A stretch of DNA of 64,000 nt from Thermaerobacter marianensis (GTDB lineage: Bacteria > Bacillota > Sulfobacillia > DVGY01): positions 4,151-68,150 of the forward strand of contig DYGY01000008.1 in the NCBI GenBank assembly GCA_020724425.1, written 5' to 3'. Below are positions 38,843 through 49,529 of this stretch, piece by piece. Position 1 is the first letter of the stretch, and the number at the start of each line of letters is the position of its first letter. The notes under the pieces are model-generated. The model was given only the letters and a program-made list of their open reading frames with translations, searched no databases and was not told where the DNA came from. A program made the translations under genes and the position numbers.

Positions 38843-38853
38843 GAGGAACAGCT

Positions 38854-39993
38854 ATGGCCTATTTGGATAATAGTGCTACAACAAGGCCCCATGAAGAAGT
38901 ATTGAGAGTGATGTGGGAGGTGTATGCTGACCATTATGGTAATCCTTCATCTATTCACACTAGGGGTCTAGAAGCTGAGAGAATAGTTAGAGGTGCTGAA
39001 GAGGTACTAGCTGATATGCTAAATGCGAGTCCTGAGGAGATTATCTTCACTTCTGGAGCTAGCGAAGCTAATAATATTGCTATCCAGGGTATTGCGAAAG
39101 CGTATAGACGAAAGGGTAAGCATCTTGTTACCAGTACCTTTGAACATTCCTCTGTATTAGAGACGATGAAGGCTTTGGAAAAGCAGGGTTTTGAGGTCAC
39201 TTATGTTAATCCTAAGGCAAATGGTATGGTTAGTGTTAAGGATATAGGTAAAGCAATCAGGAAGGATACAATCCTTGTTAGTCTTATGCATGTTAACAAT
39301 GAAATTGGCACTATTCAATCTATTGAGGAAATTGGTAGAATATTAGGTCCAGGTACTTTCTTACATGTGGATGCAGTTCAGGGTTTTGGTAGAGTTCCTC
39401 TTGATGTTAGAAGAATGGGGATTGATCTTCTATCATTGAGTGGCCATAAGATTATGGGACCTAAGGGTATTGGTGCTTTGTATATAAGGCAGGGAGTTAG
39501 GGTAGCACCTGTTTTATATGGTGGTGGTCAGGGCCATGGTCTTAGACCGGGTACCGAAAATGTACCTGGGATTAGAGGTCTTGCTGAAGCTACTCGTCTA
39601 TGGGAGGTTCATGGGGAAGAGTGGTCAGTTAGAGTGCAAGGTCTGAAAGAGCAGATGATTGCCGGGTTGCAGGGTGTTGGTGAAATACGAATTAATGGTG
39701 ATTTGGAAAGAGCTGTACCGCATATTGTAAGTGTTTCCTTTGCTGATGTACCAGGGGAGGTTCTTGTTCATTCTCTGGCTAAAGAGGGTGTGTTTGTATC
39801 TACAGGTTCAGCTTGTTCATCAAAGCATAAAGGAAGTCATGTTTTGCATGCTATTGGCCTTGATGAGCGTTTCCGGGAGGGCACGTTAAGAGTTAGTTTT
39901 AGCCCTATGAATACTCAAAGAGATGTGGAGATGTTTCTTGAGGCTATTGGCAAGGTAGTACCGCTATTGCAAAAGATGAAGCGTAGGCGTTAG
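38854..39993 (+). CDS. iscS: Cysteine desulfurase (IscS/NifZ-like, ThiI-associated)
   Basis: YLDNSATT, GNPSSIH, HVDAVQ, SGHK, STGSACSS; adjacent to thiI. Confidence 0.9.
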   Translation: MAYLDNSATTRPHEEVLRVMWEVYADHYGNPSSIHTRGLEAERIVRGAEEVLADMLNASPEEIIFTSGASEANNIAIQGIAKAYRRKGKHLVTSTFEHSSVLETMKALEKQGFEVTYVNPKANGMVSVKDIGKAIRKDTILVSLMHVNNEIGTIQSIEEIGRILGPGTFLHVDAVQGFGRVPLDVRRMGIDLLSLSGHKIMGPKGIGALYIRQGVRVAPVLYGGGQGHGLRPGTENVPGIRGLAEATRLWEVHGEEWSVRVQGLKEQMIAGLQGVGEIRINGDLERAVPHIVSVSFADVPGEVLVHSLAKEGVFVSTGSACSSKHKGSHVLHAIGLDERFREGTLRVSFSPMNTQRDVEMFLEAIGKVVPLLQKMKRRR

Positions 39994-40010
39994 TGAGGAT
40001 GGTGTAAGAT

Positions 40011-41192
40011 ATGTTGTTGATTCGTTATGGTGAGATAGGTCTAAAGGGAAAAAACAGGCCTATGTTTGAAAAAAAACTTGTATATAATATTCGCAATGGT
40101 CTAAGAAGGGCTGGTTTCAAGGATTTCCGGGTGGAGAGGAAGAGAGGAAGGATCCTTCTTTCAATGTCATCAGTCCTAGATGAAGAAAAGGCAGAAGCAG
40201 AGTTAAGGAAGGTATTTGGTATTGTTGCTATTTCCCGGGTAAGGCAGGCTAATTCTGATATTTTTGATATTCAGGAGGTTGCCTTAGGGTTATTAAAAGG
40301 TAGACAGGCTGGTACCTTTAAGGTTGAGACTAGACGTACTGATAAGAGGTTTCCGTTAATATCTCCTGAGGTTAGTAGGTTGGTAGGAGGATATGTATTA
40401 GAGAATACAGATAACCTTTCTGTGGATGTTCATCATCCAGATGTGGTAGTAGATGTGGAGATTAGACAGGAAGGTGTTTATGTATATACTGATAGTATAA
40501 GAGGGATTGGAGGGCTTCCTGTTGGGGTTAATGGGAAGGTGCACTTGCTCCTTTCAGGAGGTATCGATAGTCCGGTTGCCTACTGGATGTCTCTTAAGAG
40601 AGGGGTAGAGGTGGAACCCATCCATTTTGATAGTCATCCTTTTACCAGTGAAAGATCTAGGGAGAAGGTTATTGATATTTGTAAGGTGTTAGCTGGTTAT
40701 ACTCCAGAGTCTGTGGCTTTACAGCTAGTATACTTTACAGAAATCCACAAGGCTATTGTCTTAGATGTCCATGCTGATCTTGGGGTTACGGTAATGAGAA
40801 GGATGATGTTTAGAATCTCTGAACAGATAGCTAAACAGAGGAATGGTTTGGCCCTAGTTACCGGAGAGAGTCTTGGTCAGGTTGCATCTCAAACTCTTGA
40901 GAGTATGGCTGTGATTAATGATGTGGTTAGGTTGCCGGTGTTGCGTCCTCTTGTAGGTTTTGACAAAGAGGAGATTGTTCTAAGGTCTCAGAACATTGGT
41001 ACATATGATATATCTATTAGGCCTTATGATGATTGCTGTTCACTAGTTGTGTCATCTTCACCTAAAACAAGACCTAATCTTGAACAGGTCTTAAAAGCGG
41101 AAGAAAAGCTTGATGTGGATGGTTTGGTTGCTGAGGCTATTGAGAAGACTCAGGTGATTATGGTTGATAGGAAGGGGATAGAGAGTGACTGA
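40011..41192 (+). CDS. thiI: tRNA 4-thiouridine synthase ThiI (no rhodanese domain)
   Basis: RYGEIGLKGKNR, THUMP domain, LSGGIDSPVA PP-loop, GESLGQVASQT, PYDDCC. Confidence 0.95.
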   Translation: MLLIRYGEIGLKGKNRPMFEKKLVYNIRNGLRRAGFKDFRVERKRGRILLSMSSVLDEEKAEAELRKVFGIVAISRVRQANSDIFDIQEVALGLLKGRQAGTFKVETRRTDKRFPLISPEVSRLVGGYVLENTDNLSVDVHHPDVVVDVEIRQEGVYVYTDSIRGIGGLPVGVNGKVHLLLSGGIDSPVAYWMSLKRGVEVEPIHFDSHPFTSERSREKVIDICKVLAGYTPESVALQLVYFTEIHKAIVLDVHADLGVTVMRRMMFRISEQIAKQRNGLALVTGESLGQVASQTLESMAVINDVVRLPVLRPLVGFDKEEIVLRSQNIGTYDISIRPYDDCCSLVVSSSPKTRPNLEQVLKAEEKLDVDGLVAEAIEKTQVIMVDRKGIESD

Positions 41193-42927
41193 TAATCCTA
41201 AGTTGCAGAGATATATTGAGTTTGATCCACTCCTCTTACCCGAGGTGAAAGAGAATACGATTGGTGAGGGTACTATTGGCGGTAAGGCTAAAGGGATTGC
41301 TTTTGCTAGGCATATTCTTAATGAGAAAGCTGTGGATATTAGGAATGAGGTAGTAATTCCGGAGAGTATGTTTCTGGCAACGGAAGTCTTTGAGGAGTTT
41401 GAGGTCATAAATAATCTGCAGGATATTGAACAGGAAGAAGACTTTGAGGAGATTGAAAAGGCTTTTATCAATGGGCGTTTTCCTGTTGCTATTGAGAAGG
41501 AGCTAAGAAGAATACTAGAGAGGATAACCTATCCTTTGGCCATTAGATCTTCTTCAAAGCTTGAGGATGATCCTAAGTATTCTTTTGCAGGTAAATACCT
41601 TACAACCTTTATTCCCAATACAGGAGATCTTGATGGTCGTTTGGAGAACTTAAAGTATGCTATTAAGTTAATTTATGCGAGTGTTTATGGGCCGAATGCT
41701 GTTGAGTATAAGCGGAAGCACAAACTTTCAGGTGAACAGATGGCTGTAATTATCCAAAGACTAATGGGCAGAGAACGTAAGGGCTATTTCTATCCTGAGC
41801 TTGCTGCAGTTGGCTTTTCTCGTAACTATAGACGCTGGAGTGAGAGACTTAAGCAAGAAGATGGAGTAATCAGGTTGGTTTTTGGTCTGGGTACAAGATG
41901 TACGGGGAGGGGTTATGCAAGAAACATTTCGTTGAGTAATCCCAATCTTAGACCTGAGGGACAGAATCCTAGAGATATAGCTAAATACTCTCAAGAGACT
42001 TTTGATATGCTTGATATGGAGACAGGTCAGTTGTTGGCAGTTAATATCAACGCAAAGACGGAAATATTTAGGGAACATCCCAATATTGGGCGTTTTGTGA
42101 AGGTATATTTGCGAGATAGTGATGAGCTTAAGGATATGTGGTCCATTTCTCATGGTAAACCGGGAAGTCAAAAGTATATCTTCGCTTTTAAGGACTTCCC
42201 TAATGCGTATCCTGAGATTCTAGATACTAGTGGTCGGTTATTTAAGTGTTTTGAAGAGGAAATGGGTGTTCCTGTAGATATCGAGTTTACCTTTGATACT
42301 GCTGATAAGAGTTATGCGTTAGTACAATTACGTCCGTTAAGCAGTTATGAGGAATACAGGAAGATTAGGGTTCCTAGGAGTCTTGCTAAGAGCGAGATTA
42401 TTCTCCGTGGCGACCGCATGCTTACTAATGGTAAGGTGAAAAACATCAAGACTATGGTCTATGTTGATCCTCAGGGGTATTCTGAGGCCAGAGATAAGTA
42501 TGCTGTGGCTAGGGAAGTTGGTAGAATTAATGAGCAGTTAAATGGTGAGAAGTATATCTTGATTGGTCCGGGTCGCTGGGGTTCAACTAATCCTGATCTT
42601 GGTGTACCGGTGAGATACAGGGAGATTTTTAACTGTAGCGTTCTAGTTGAGTTGGGTATCAGTCATGGCAACTATACACCGGAACTATCTTATGGCACGC
42701 ACTTCTTTGCTGATTTGGAGTTAGATGGAGTGCTGTATTTGCCTGTCTTTGATAGTGTGCGTTCTAACATTATTAACTGGGAATGGTTTAATGATAAGCC
42801 ATACAAAGAGACAAACCATCCAGCAGTACGGGTATATGAAGGGGATTTCGGTACCTATCTTGATGGAGAGCGTTTAGATGGCGTTATCGTGGACGCTGAG
42901 GCCAGAAAGAAGCGGATGAAGGGTTAA
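41185..42927 (+). CDS. PEP/pyruvate-binding (PPDK_N ATP-grasp) domain protein of unknown function
   Basis: IGGKAKG, LAIRSSSKLED, FAGKY, VFGLGTR, PVDIEF, LVQLRP; C-terminal IGPGRWGS and SYGTHFF. Confidence 0.8.
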   Translation: MTDNPKLQRYIEFDPLLLPEVKENTIGEGTIGGKAKGIAFARHILNEKAVDIRNEVVIPESMFLATEVFEEFEVINNLQDIEQEEDFEEIEKAFINGRFPVAIEKELRRILERITYPLAIRSSSKLEDDPKYSFAGKYLTTFIPNTGDLDGRLENLKYAIKLIYASVYGPNAVEYKRKHKLSGEQMAVIIQRLMGRERKGYFYPELAAVGFSRNYRRWSERLKQEDGVIRLVFGLGTRCTGRGYARNISLSNPNLRPEGQNPRDIAKYSQETFDMLDMETGQLLAVNINAKTEIFREHPNIGRFVKVYLRDSDELKDMWSISHGKPGSQKYIFAFKDFPNAYPEILDTSGRLFKCFEEEMGVPVDIEFTFDTADKSYALVQLRPLSSYEEYRKIRVPRSLAKSEIILRGDRMLTNGKVKNIKTMVYVDPQGYSEARDKYAVAREVGRINEQLNGEKYILIGPGRWGSTNPDLGVPVRYREIFNCSVLVELGISHGNYTPELSYGTHFFADLELDGVLYLPVFDSVRSNIINWEWFNDKPYKETNHPAVRVYEGDFGTYLDGERLDGVIVDAEARKKRMKG

Positions 42928-43559
42928 TGTCTCATCAGCATGTTTTGGACACACTGAGACGAATCTATGAGGGTAGGGAGAGTCCCCTAAGGTTTAACAA
43001 CCCCTTTGAATTGCTGGTTGCTACTATTCTTTCTGCTCAGTGTACTGATGAAAGGGTTAATCAAATTACTGAGAATTTGTTTAAGAGGTATCCTGATTCT
43101 AAGAGTCTGTGTAGAGCGAGTATTGATGATATTGCCAAGGAAATAAGGTCTTGTGGTCTGTATCGTAACAAGAGCCGATATTTAAGGGACATGGCCTGTA
43201 TTCTGGTGGAGAAACATAATGGTGTTGTTCCTAGGGAGAGAGATTCCTTAGAGTCTTTGCCAGGGGTGGGGAGGAAGACTGCTAGTGTTGTTTTGAGTAA
43301 TGCTTTTGGCATGCCGGCAATAGCTGTGGATACTCACGTTTTTCGTACGGCTCACCGTTTGGGGTTGGCATCAGGCAAGACTCCAGAGAGAGTGGAGAAG
43401 GAACTAGAGCAGGTAATACCGGAAGAAGATTGGGCAGAGGCCCATCACTGGCTACTATTTCACGGTAAGGAGCTGTGTACGGCCTTAAATCCCCAATGTG
43501 GTAGCTGTGATTTTTCAGATAAATGCAGATGGCTAAAAGAAAGAGAGCAGAGTTCATAA
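42927..43559 (+). CDS. nth: Endonuclease III
   Basis: LVATILSAQCTD, LPGVGRKTA HhH, AVDTHVFR, C-terminal FeS motif C-x6-C-x2-C-x5-C. Confidence 0.96.
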   Translation: MSHQHVLDTLRRIYEGRESPLRFNNPFELLVATILSAQCTDERVNQITENLFKRYPDSKSLCRASIDDIAKEIRSCGLYRNKSRYLRDMACILVEKHNGVVPRERDSLESLPGVGRKTASVVLSNAFGMPAIAVDTHVFRTAHRLGLASGKTPERVEKELEQVIPEEDWAEAHHWLLFHGKELCTALNPQCGSCDFSDKCRWLKEREQSS

Positions 43560-43579
43560 AACCTGCTCTCTCAATATAT

Positions 43580-44599
43580 CTAGGATAACGGGTAGTGACA
43601 GGCGACGAAGTGATTATTACCTACATCGACTAGTTCAGGTATCTCCCGTTTACAAATGTCTTGAGCGTATTTACATCTGGTATGGAATCTACAGCCAGAT
43701 GGTGGGTTTGCTGGGCTGGGAACATCACCCTCAAGGACAATTCGTTCTCTCTTAGATTGAATCCGTGGATCTGGAATCGGAATCGCCGAGAGAAGTGCCT
43801 CGGTATATGGATGTTTGGGTTCCCGATAGAGGCTATCTGAATCAGTTAGCTCTACTAGTTTGCCCAGATACATTACACCGACACGATCACTAATGTGCTT
43901 GATAACGCTAAGATCGTGAGCGATAAAGAGATAAGTCAGGTCAAACTCTGTCTGTAGGTCTTCTAGCAGGTTAATTACCTGTGACTGAATCGAAACATCA
44001 AGAGCTGATACTGGCTCATCAAGAACAATAAGTTTGGGTTTTAGAGCAAGAGCACGTGCTACACCAATTCTCTGACGTTGACCACCTGAGAATTCGTGCG
44101 GATAACGTCTCATATGCCATTTACTTAAACCTACGGTTTCAAGTAGTTCCTGAACTATTTTGTCCTTTTTTGCACCTTTGGCAATGCCATGAATCTCAAG
44201 TGGCTCGCCTATGATATTTCCTACGTTCATACGTGGGTTTAGAGATGCATAAGGATCCTGGAATACCAGCTGCATTTCACGACGCATCTTACGCAAATCA
44301 TGCTTATTCAGTGAGAAAACATCTTGTCCTTGAAAGTATACATGACCTGCTGTAGCATTCATCAAGCGAAGGATGGCGCGACCAGTTGTGGTCTTACCAC
44401 ATCCAGACTCACCTACTAAACCAAGGGTTTCACCCTTCATAATATCAAAGGAAATGTCATCAATAGCTTTAACGTGACCAATTACACGAGAGAAAACACC
44501 ACCGGAAATCGGGAAGTATTTCTTAAGGTTCTTAACTTGAACCAGTGCATCAGGGTTCAGCTCGTGTTCTGGTAACTTATTAACAGCTTCTTTGCTCAT
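43580..44599 (-). CDS. oppF: Oligopeptide/dipeptide ABC transporter ATP-binding subunit (OppF/AppF)
   Basis: [28 protein letters not shown]-terminal GCRFHTRC. Confidence 0.93.
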   Translation of the reverse strand: MSKEAVNKLPEHELNPDALVQVKNLKKYFPISGGVFSRVIGHVKAIDDISFDIMKGETLGLVGESGCGKTTTGRAILRLMNATAGHVYFQGQDVFSLNKHDLRKMRREMQLVFQDPYASLNPRMNVGNIIGEPLEIHGIAKGAKKDKIVQELLETVGLSKWHMRRYPHEFSGGQRQRIGVARALALKPKLIVLDEPVSALDVSIQSQVINLLEDLQTEFDLTYLFIAHDLSVIKHISDRVGVMYLGKLVELTDSDSLYREPKHPYTEALLSAIPIPDPRIQSKRERIVLEGDVPSPANPPSGCRFHTRCKYAQDICKREIPELVDVGNNHFVACHYPLS

Positions 44600-45609
44600 G
44601 AGGACACCTCCTTGCTTACTGCCTTGCTTGCCTGGCCTTCTTCAGTATATAGCCAGCATCTTACGGTGTGGCCATCTTCTTTTTTGATCAGCTCAGGCAT
44701 CCTCTCTAAACAGATCTCCCGTACATGAGGACATCTTGGGTTAAATGCACAACCTGTTGGCATGTTAGCAGGATGAGGAACAGATCCCTCAATAACATGC
44801 AATCTCTCTTTACCTCTATCCATACGGGGAATGGAATTCAGTAGCCCCTGTGTATACGGATGTAACGGCTTATGGAAGAGATCATCCACAGGTGCCTCTT
44901 CTACAATTTTACCAAGGTACATAACGATAACGCGTTCTGCCATATCGGCTACAACACCAAGGTCGTGGGTGATTAGCATAATGGCGGTACCTGTCTCATC
45001 TCTAAGTTTCTTCATCAGCTCAAGAATCTGAGCCTGGATTGTAACATCAAGAGCAGTAGTTGGTTCATCAGCAATTAGTAGCTTAGGATGGCAGGAAAGA
45101 GCCATAGCAATCATAACCCTTTGTCTCATACCACCTGATAACTGATGAGGATACTCCTTTGCCCTTTGTTCAGGCATTGGGATACCGACTAATGTAAGCA
45201 TCTCAACAGCTATCTTATGAGCCTTTTCTTCACTTACACCTTGGTGCAACTCAACTGCTTCAGCAATCTGATCACCAACGGTAAACACAGGGTTTAGTGA
45301 GGTCATTGGCTCTTGAAATATCATGGAGATATCATTACCACGAATCTTTCTCATAGCTGAATCAGATTTCTTTAGGAGATCTTCTCCTTCAAAAAAGATC
45401 TGACCATCAACAATCCTTCCAGGAGGATCTGGAATTAGGCGCATAACTGAAAGTGAGGTTACGCTCTTTCCACAACCAGACTCACCTACGATTGCTAATG
45501 TTTCACCCTTGTTAAGGTGAAAGCTAATTCCGTTTACAGCGGGAACTTCACCGTCACTTGTATAAAAGTGTGTGTGTAGATCTTTGACTTCTAGCAACTT
45601 TTCAGTCAA
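44596..45609 (-). CDS. oppD: Oligopeptide/dipeptide ABC transporter ATP-binding subunit (OppD/AppD)
   Basis: [34 protein letters not shown]. Confidence 0.93.
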   Translation of the reverse strand: MTEKLLEVKDLHTHFYTSDGEVPAVNGISFHLNKGETLAIVGESGCGKSVTSLSVMRLIPDPPGRIVDGQIFFEGEDLLKKSDSAMRKIRGNDISMIFQEPMTSLNPVFTVGDQIAEAVELHQGVSEEKAHKIAVEMLTLVGIPMPEQRAKEYPHQLSGGMRQRVMIAMALSCHPKLLIADEPTTALDVTIQAQILELMKKLRDETGTAIMLITHDLGVVADMAERVIVMYLGKIVEEAPVDDLFHKPLHPYTQGLLNSIPRMDRGKERLHVIEGSVPHPANMPTGCAFNPRCPHVREICLERMPELIKKEDGHTVRCWLYTEEGQASKAVSKEVSS

Positions 45610-45641
45610 GGGCTCACCCCCTGATAATTTATTTTAGTTAA

Positions 45642-46580
45642 TTAGTCTTTCAAACGTGGATCAAGTGCGTCTCTTAGACCGTCACCTACAAGGTTAATAC
45701 TTAACACTGTTATGAAAATAGCAGTTCCGGGTGGTACCCAAAGCCACCATTGATATTGCAGTGCTTTTAGTGATTCAGCAGCTACTAGCATGTTACCCCA
45801 ACTTGGAATAGGTTGCTGAACACCTAGACCAAGGAAGCTAAGGTATGCTTCCATTAGAACCGCACTTGCCATTCCTAGTGTAGCAGAAACGATGATTGGT
45901 GCCATAGCATTAGGTAGAATATGACGGAAGATAATCCTTCCTTCACCTGCACCAATTGCATGAGCTGCTTCCACATAGTCTCGTTCACGGATACTTAGGA
46001 ATTCACCACGAACAAGACGGGCGGTCCCGGTCCAACTCAGAAGACCGATGATAATAACGGTGTTTCTAAAGTTTGGTCCAAGTATCGCCGCAATAGTAAT
46101 AGCGATGACTAGGAAGGGGAAACTGATAACAATATCGGTAAATCGCATGATAACCGTATCAACCCAACCCCTGTAATAACCTGCTAAGGAACCCAAGAGG
46201 ATACCAATTGACAAAGAAATCGCTACCGCCACCACACCAACTGTCATAGATATACGTCCACCATATAGTAGACGAGATAAAACATCTCTTCCCAATGTAT
46301 CAGTTCCCAATGGATGCTCTGCTGACGGTGGTTTCTCTCTATATCTAACGTTTGTAGTGTTAGGGTCATGAGGAGCAATCCATGGTGCCATAATGGATAG
46401 AGATGCTAAAATTAACAGTACAATGGTTCCTGTAATTGCTAATTTATTTCTTCTGAAACGAATCCAGAAAATACGTCCGGGACTCATAATCTGTTGAGTT
46501 TTCAATTCTTTATCAGTTGTTTTGTTTTTGTTTTTTTTCAAAATTTCCTCTGATCTCATATCGTTTGGTTTGTTTCTCAT
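45642..46580 (-). CDS. oppC: Oligopeptide ABC transporter permease (OppC/AppC)
   Basis: HPLGTDTLGRD, YVEAA..IGA, HILPN, GDGLRDALDP. Confidence 0.93.
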   Translation of the reverse strand: MRNKPNDMRSEEILKKNKNKTTDKELKTQQIMSPGRIFWIRFRRNKLAITGTIVLLILASLSIMAPWIAPHDPNTTNVRYREKPPSAEHPLGTDTLGRDVLSRLLYGGRISMTVGVVAVAISLSIGILLGSLAGYYRGWVDTVIMRFTDIVISFPFLVIAITIAAILGPNFRNTVIIIGLLSWTGTARLVRGEFLSIRERDYVEAAHAIGAGEGRIIFRHILPNAMAPIIVSATLGMASAVLMEAYLSFLGLGVQQPIPSWGNMLVAAESLKALQYQWWLWVPPGTAIFITVLSINLVGDGLRDALDPRLKD

Positions 46581-46604
46581 TGTTTGTCATACACCTCCTT
46601 CAGC

Positions 46605-47567
46605 TCAATCATAGCGAATACGTGGATCAACTAGAGCATAGAAGATATCCGCTAGAAGGTTACCAACGATTGTCCATATAGCAAACATAAGATTTGTTGC
46701 CATGAGAATAGGATAGTCTCTTTGAACAACGGCATTGTAACTGAGTGTACCCATTCCAGGTAATGAGAATATTGTTTCTGTTACCAGAGCACCTGAGAAC
46801 ATGCCGGGTAAGGAAAGACCTAAAATAGTGATAACCGGAATCAGGGCGTTCCTGAGTGCGTGCTTGTAAATTACGACTTTCTCGGATAATCCTTTTGCTC
46901 TAGCGGTACGTATATAGTCTTGGCGTATGACCTCTAACATACTAGAGCGAGTATAACGCATGAAGCTTGCCATATATAATAGGGCAAGGGTCATTGACGG
47001 TAGCACCAAGTGGTAAAGCATGTTAAAGATGTTCTTTGGGAACTCATACGTCACACCTGGTGTTGTCAAACCACCACTTGGGAACCATTGTAACTGCAAG
47101 GCAAAGAGCCAGATTAGGACTAACGCTAAAAAGAATACTGGTATGGAAATACCCGCAAAAGCAAATACCGTAAATAGGTTGTCCCATTTGGAATATTGCT
47201 TAGTTGCTGAGTACACACCAATTGGAATAGCAAAAACCAGCGCTATCGTTAGTGCTAGCAATGAAAGAGTAAAGGTCGGTCCGATTCTCTCTTTTATTAA
47301 GTCACCTACTGGTTTAGAATATTTCGTTGAGAATCCGAGGTTTCCTGACAAAAGTTCGCCCAACCATCTGAAGTATTGAACATATTTAGGATCATTTAAT
47401 CCCAGTTTTTCGCGTGCCGATTCAAGATCTTCTTTTGTAATATTCGGATCCATCATATGACTGAGTGGATCGCCAGGCATCGCTTGGGTTAAGGCAAAAA
47501 TGATTATGCTTACGCCTAGTAATATGGGAATAGCTTGTAGAATACGGCGGATAATGTATTTTTGCAA
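46605..47567 (-). CDS. oppB: Oligopeptide ABC transporter permease (OppB/AppB)
   Basis: MPGDP, DYIRTARAKGL, HALRNA, VDPRIRY. Confidence 0.93.
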   Translation of the reverse strand: MQKYIIRRILQAIPILLGVSIIIFALTQAMPGDPLSHMMDPNITKEDLESAREKLGLNDPKYVQYFRWLGELLSGNLGFSTKYSKPVGDLIKERIGPTFTLSLLALTIALVFAIPIGVYSATKQYSKWDNLFTVFAFAGISIPVFFLALVLIWLFALQLQWFPSGGLTTPGVTYEFPKNIFNMLYHLVLPSMTLALLYMASFMRYTRSSMLEVIRQDYIRTARAKGLSEKVVIYKHALRNALIPVITILGLSLPGMFSGALVTETIFSLPGMGTLSYNAVVQRDYPILMATNLMFAIWTIVGNLLADIFYALVDPRIRYD

Positions 47568-47617
47568 TGGAAAACCTCCTTTCCAGGATTAGCAAAGAGC
47601 ATATATTAAACAAGGTA

Positions 47618-47697
47618 CTACCCGACCTAGGGGTCGGGTAGAATAACCCTATGTTTTGTCTATTCTTGCAGTAACCCCGGCGTCAGAGACGCCGGGG
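47618..47697. promoter_or_regulatory. Two GC-rich stem-loops between the binding-protein gene and the permease gene
   Basis: CTACCCGACC-TAGG-GGTCGGGTAG (47618-47641) and CCCCGGCGTC-AGA-GACGCCGGGG (47675-47697). Confidence 0.7.
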
Positions 47698-47730
47698 ACG
47701 CCTTACTTAGAATCTACTTTTCCGTCTCTA

Positions 47731-49431
47731 TCAGTCTAACCACCATTCGTGAATGTTGAACTGGAATGATAAGAAGTTAGGCTGTGCATTCTTAACTCTA
47801 TCGTTGATAGCAACGATGTCATTCTGCTGATACAAGAAGACGTATGGTAGTTCTTCGTTGAGTAACGCTGCCCATTCTTGGTAGATTGGTTGACGTTCTT
47901 CAATAGCTAATACTGAACGACCTTCTTGCATTAAGCGAAGGCTATCAGGATGAACGAACTGAACTGCATTCCAGGCAGTATCTGCACCCCAGATACCTGT
48001 CTGGTCAGGATCAAGACTTAAGCTCCAGCCCATTAGGTAGAGGTCAAAGTCTTTGTCTGTATAGACCATGGTGACCAAGGTTGGGAAATCATAGATTTCC
48101 AAGTTAACTTTGATACCAAGCTGGCTCAGGTTCTCTTGAATAAGAACTGCTGAGTTAATACGGACTTTGTTACCTGTGGGGTACTTAAGGGTTACTTCGA
48201 ACCTTTCACCCTTTGCGTTCTTTAACCAAGCACCATCTTTGGTCCAGCCAGCTTCTGCTAGAAGCTCAGCAGCTTTTGCAGGATTGTACTCATACTCGCT
48301 TACGTTAGGATTGAATGCCCAAGACATTGATGGGAATGGCTGGTTCAGTACCTGACCTTGGCCATCAAGTAAGCCTTCTACGATACCGTCACGATCGATA
48401 CCATAGGCAAGTGCCTGGCGTACTCTCTTGTCTGACAAGAAAGGATGGGTGGTGTTGATACCCATGTACTGATAACCAAAGGATTCCCACTTCATAACGT
48501 TAACATGGTTCATGGCTTCTACCATGCTGAGGTTGTCAGCGGAAACGTTGATGAAGTCAACTTCGCCATTACGTAGCTGACCAATGGCAACTTCCTGGTT
48601 TACGATTTTGTAGATAATCTTTTCAATGTATGGCTTACCTCTGTGGTAATCTTCGTTACGTACTAACTCTACATACTGATCGGTTCTGTACTCAACGAAC
48701 TTGTAAGGACCAGTACCGATTGGCTTAGTAGTTACTGCTGGAGAGGTTACATAGTCAGCAACTGCATAACCATCAAATGCGTGTTCTGCAGAGATACCCC
48801 AGGTTGCAACTCTTGGGAAGAAAGGAGCATCTGTCTGTGTTAGAACGAATTTAATGGTGTAATCATCAAGAACCTGAATACCAGATACGTCATCAGCGTC
48901 ACCTGCACGGTAATCTGCAGCACCTTCGATGAGGAGCCAGTTAGATGTACGAACACCGGTGTAGTCAGGATGTAGCATGTTCTTGAAGGTGAAGGCTACG
49001 TCATGAGCAGTTAGGCCAACACCATCATGGAATTTAACATCTTCTCTGAGGTAGAAAGTGAAGGAGAGGTTATCTTCTGCAATTTCTACATCTTTAGCAA
49101 GATTGAATTCGAGCTCTAAGCTCTCGGTGTAGCTCATCATACCATCATACAATAAGTCGTTGACATTGCCATCATAAAGACTCTCGTAGTAGTTGATGTT
49201 GAACTTTCCTTCAGGTGCGGAGAACTGGCTCATGTATAATGTGCCGCCCTCTTTAGGACCAGTTGATGGCTCTTCTTTAGGCTGTTCTACTGGCTTTGGA
49301 TCGTCCTTTGGCGCATCTTTGCTGGTATCGTCTGTCTTACCACATGCGGAAAGCATCAAAGCTGCAACCAACAGAAGCATCAGCAGAATGGCCACTTTGT
49401 TATGACCAAACAGTTTCCTTAAATTTGTCAA
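47731..49431 (-). CDS. oppA: Peptide ABC transporter substrate-binding lipoprotein (OppA/AppA, SBP family 5)
   Basis: Lipobox LSAC, F.LR..VKFHDG..LTAHDV.FT, PIGTGPYK, VRQALAYGIDR. Confidence 0.92.
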   Translation of the reverse strand: MTNLRKLFGHNKVAILLMLLLVAALMLSACGKTDDTSKDAPKDDPKPVEQPKEEPSTGPKEGGTLYMSQFSAPEGKFNINYYESLYDGNVNDLLYDGMMSYTESLELEFNLAKDVEIAEDNLSFTFYLREDVKFHDGVGLTAHDVAFTFKNMLHPDYTGVRTSNWLLIEGAADYRAGDADDVSGIQVLDDYTIKFVLTQTDAPFFPRVATWGISAEHAFDGYAVADYVTSPAVTTKPIGTGPYKFVEYRTDQYVELVRNEDYHRGKPYIEKIIYKIVNQEVAIGQLRNGEVDFINVSADNLSMVEAMNHVNVMKWESFGYQYMGINTTHPFLSDKRVRQALAYGIDRDGIVEGLLDGQGQVLNQPFPSMSWAFNPNVSEYEYNPAKAAELLAEAGWTKDGAWLKNAKGERFEVTLKYPTGNKVRINSAVLIQENLSQLGIKVNLEIYDFPTLVTMVYTDKDFDLYLMGWSLSLDPDQTGIWGADTAWNAVQFVHPDSLRLMQEGRSVLAIEERQPIYQEWAALLNEELPYVFLYQQNDIVAINDRVKNAQPNFLSFQFNIHEWWLD

Positions 49432-49529
49432 TTAAATTGACCCCCTTATTTTTGAATTAATTTAGCCGCAACGCTTACGTTCAAAGCAGGATACTTCACC
49501 CCCCTTTTTAATGTTACGGCCACTTGGTG

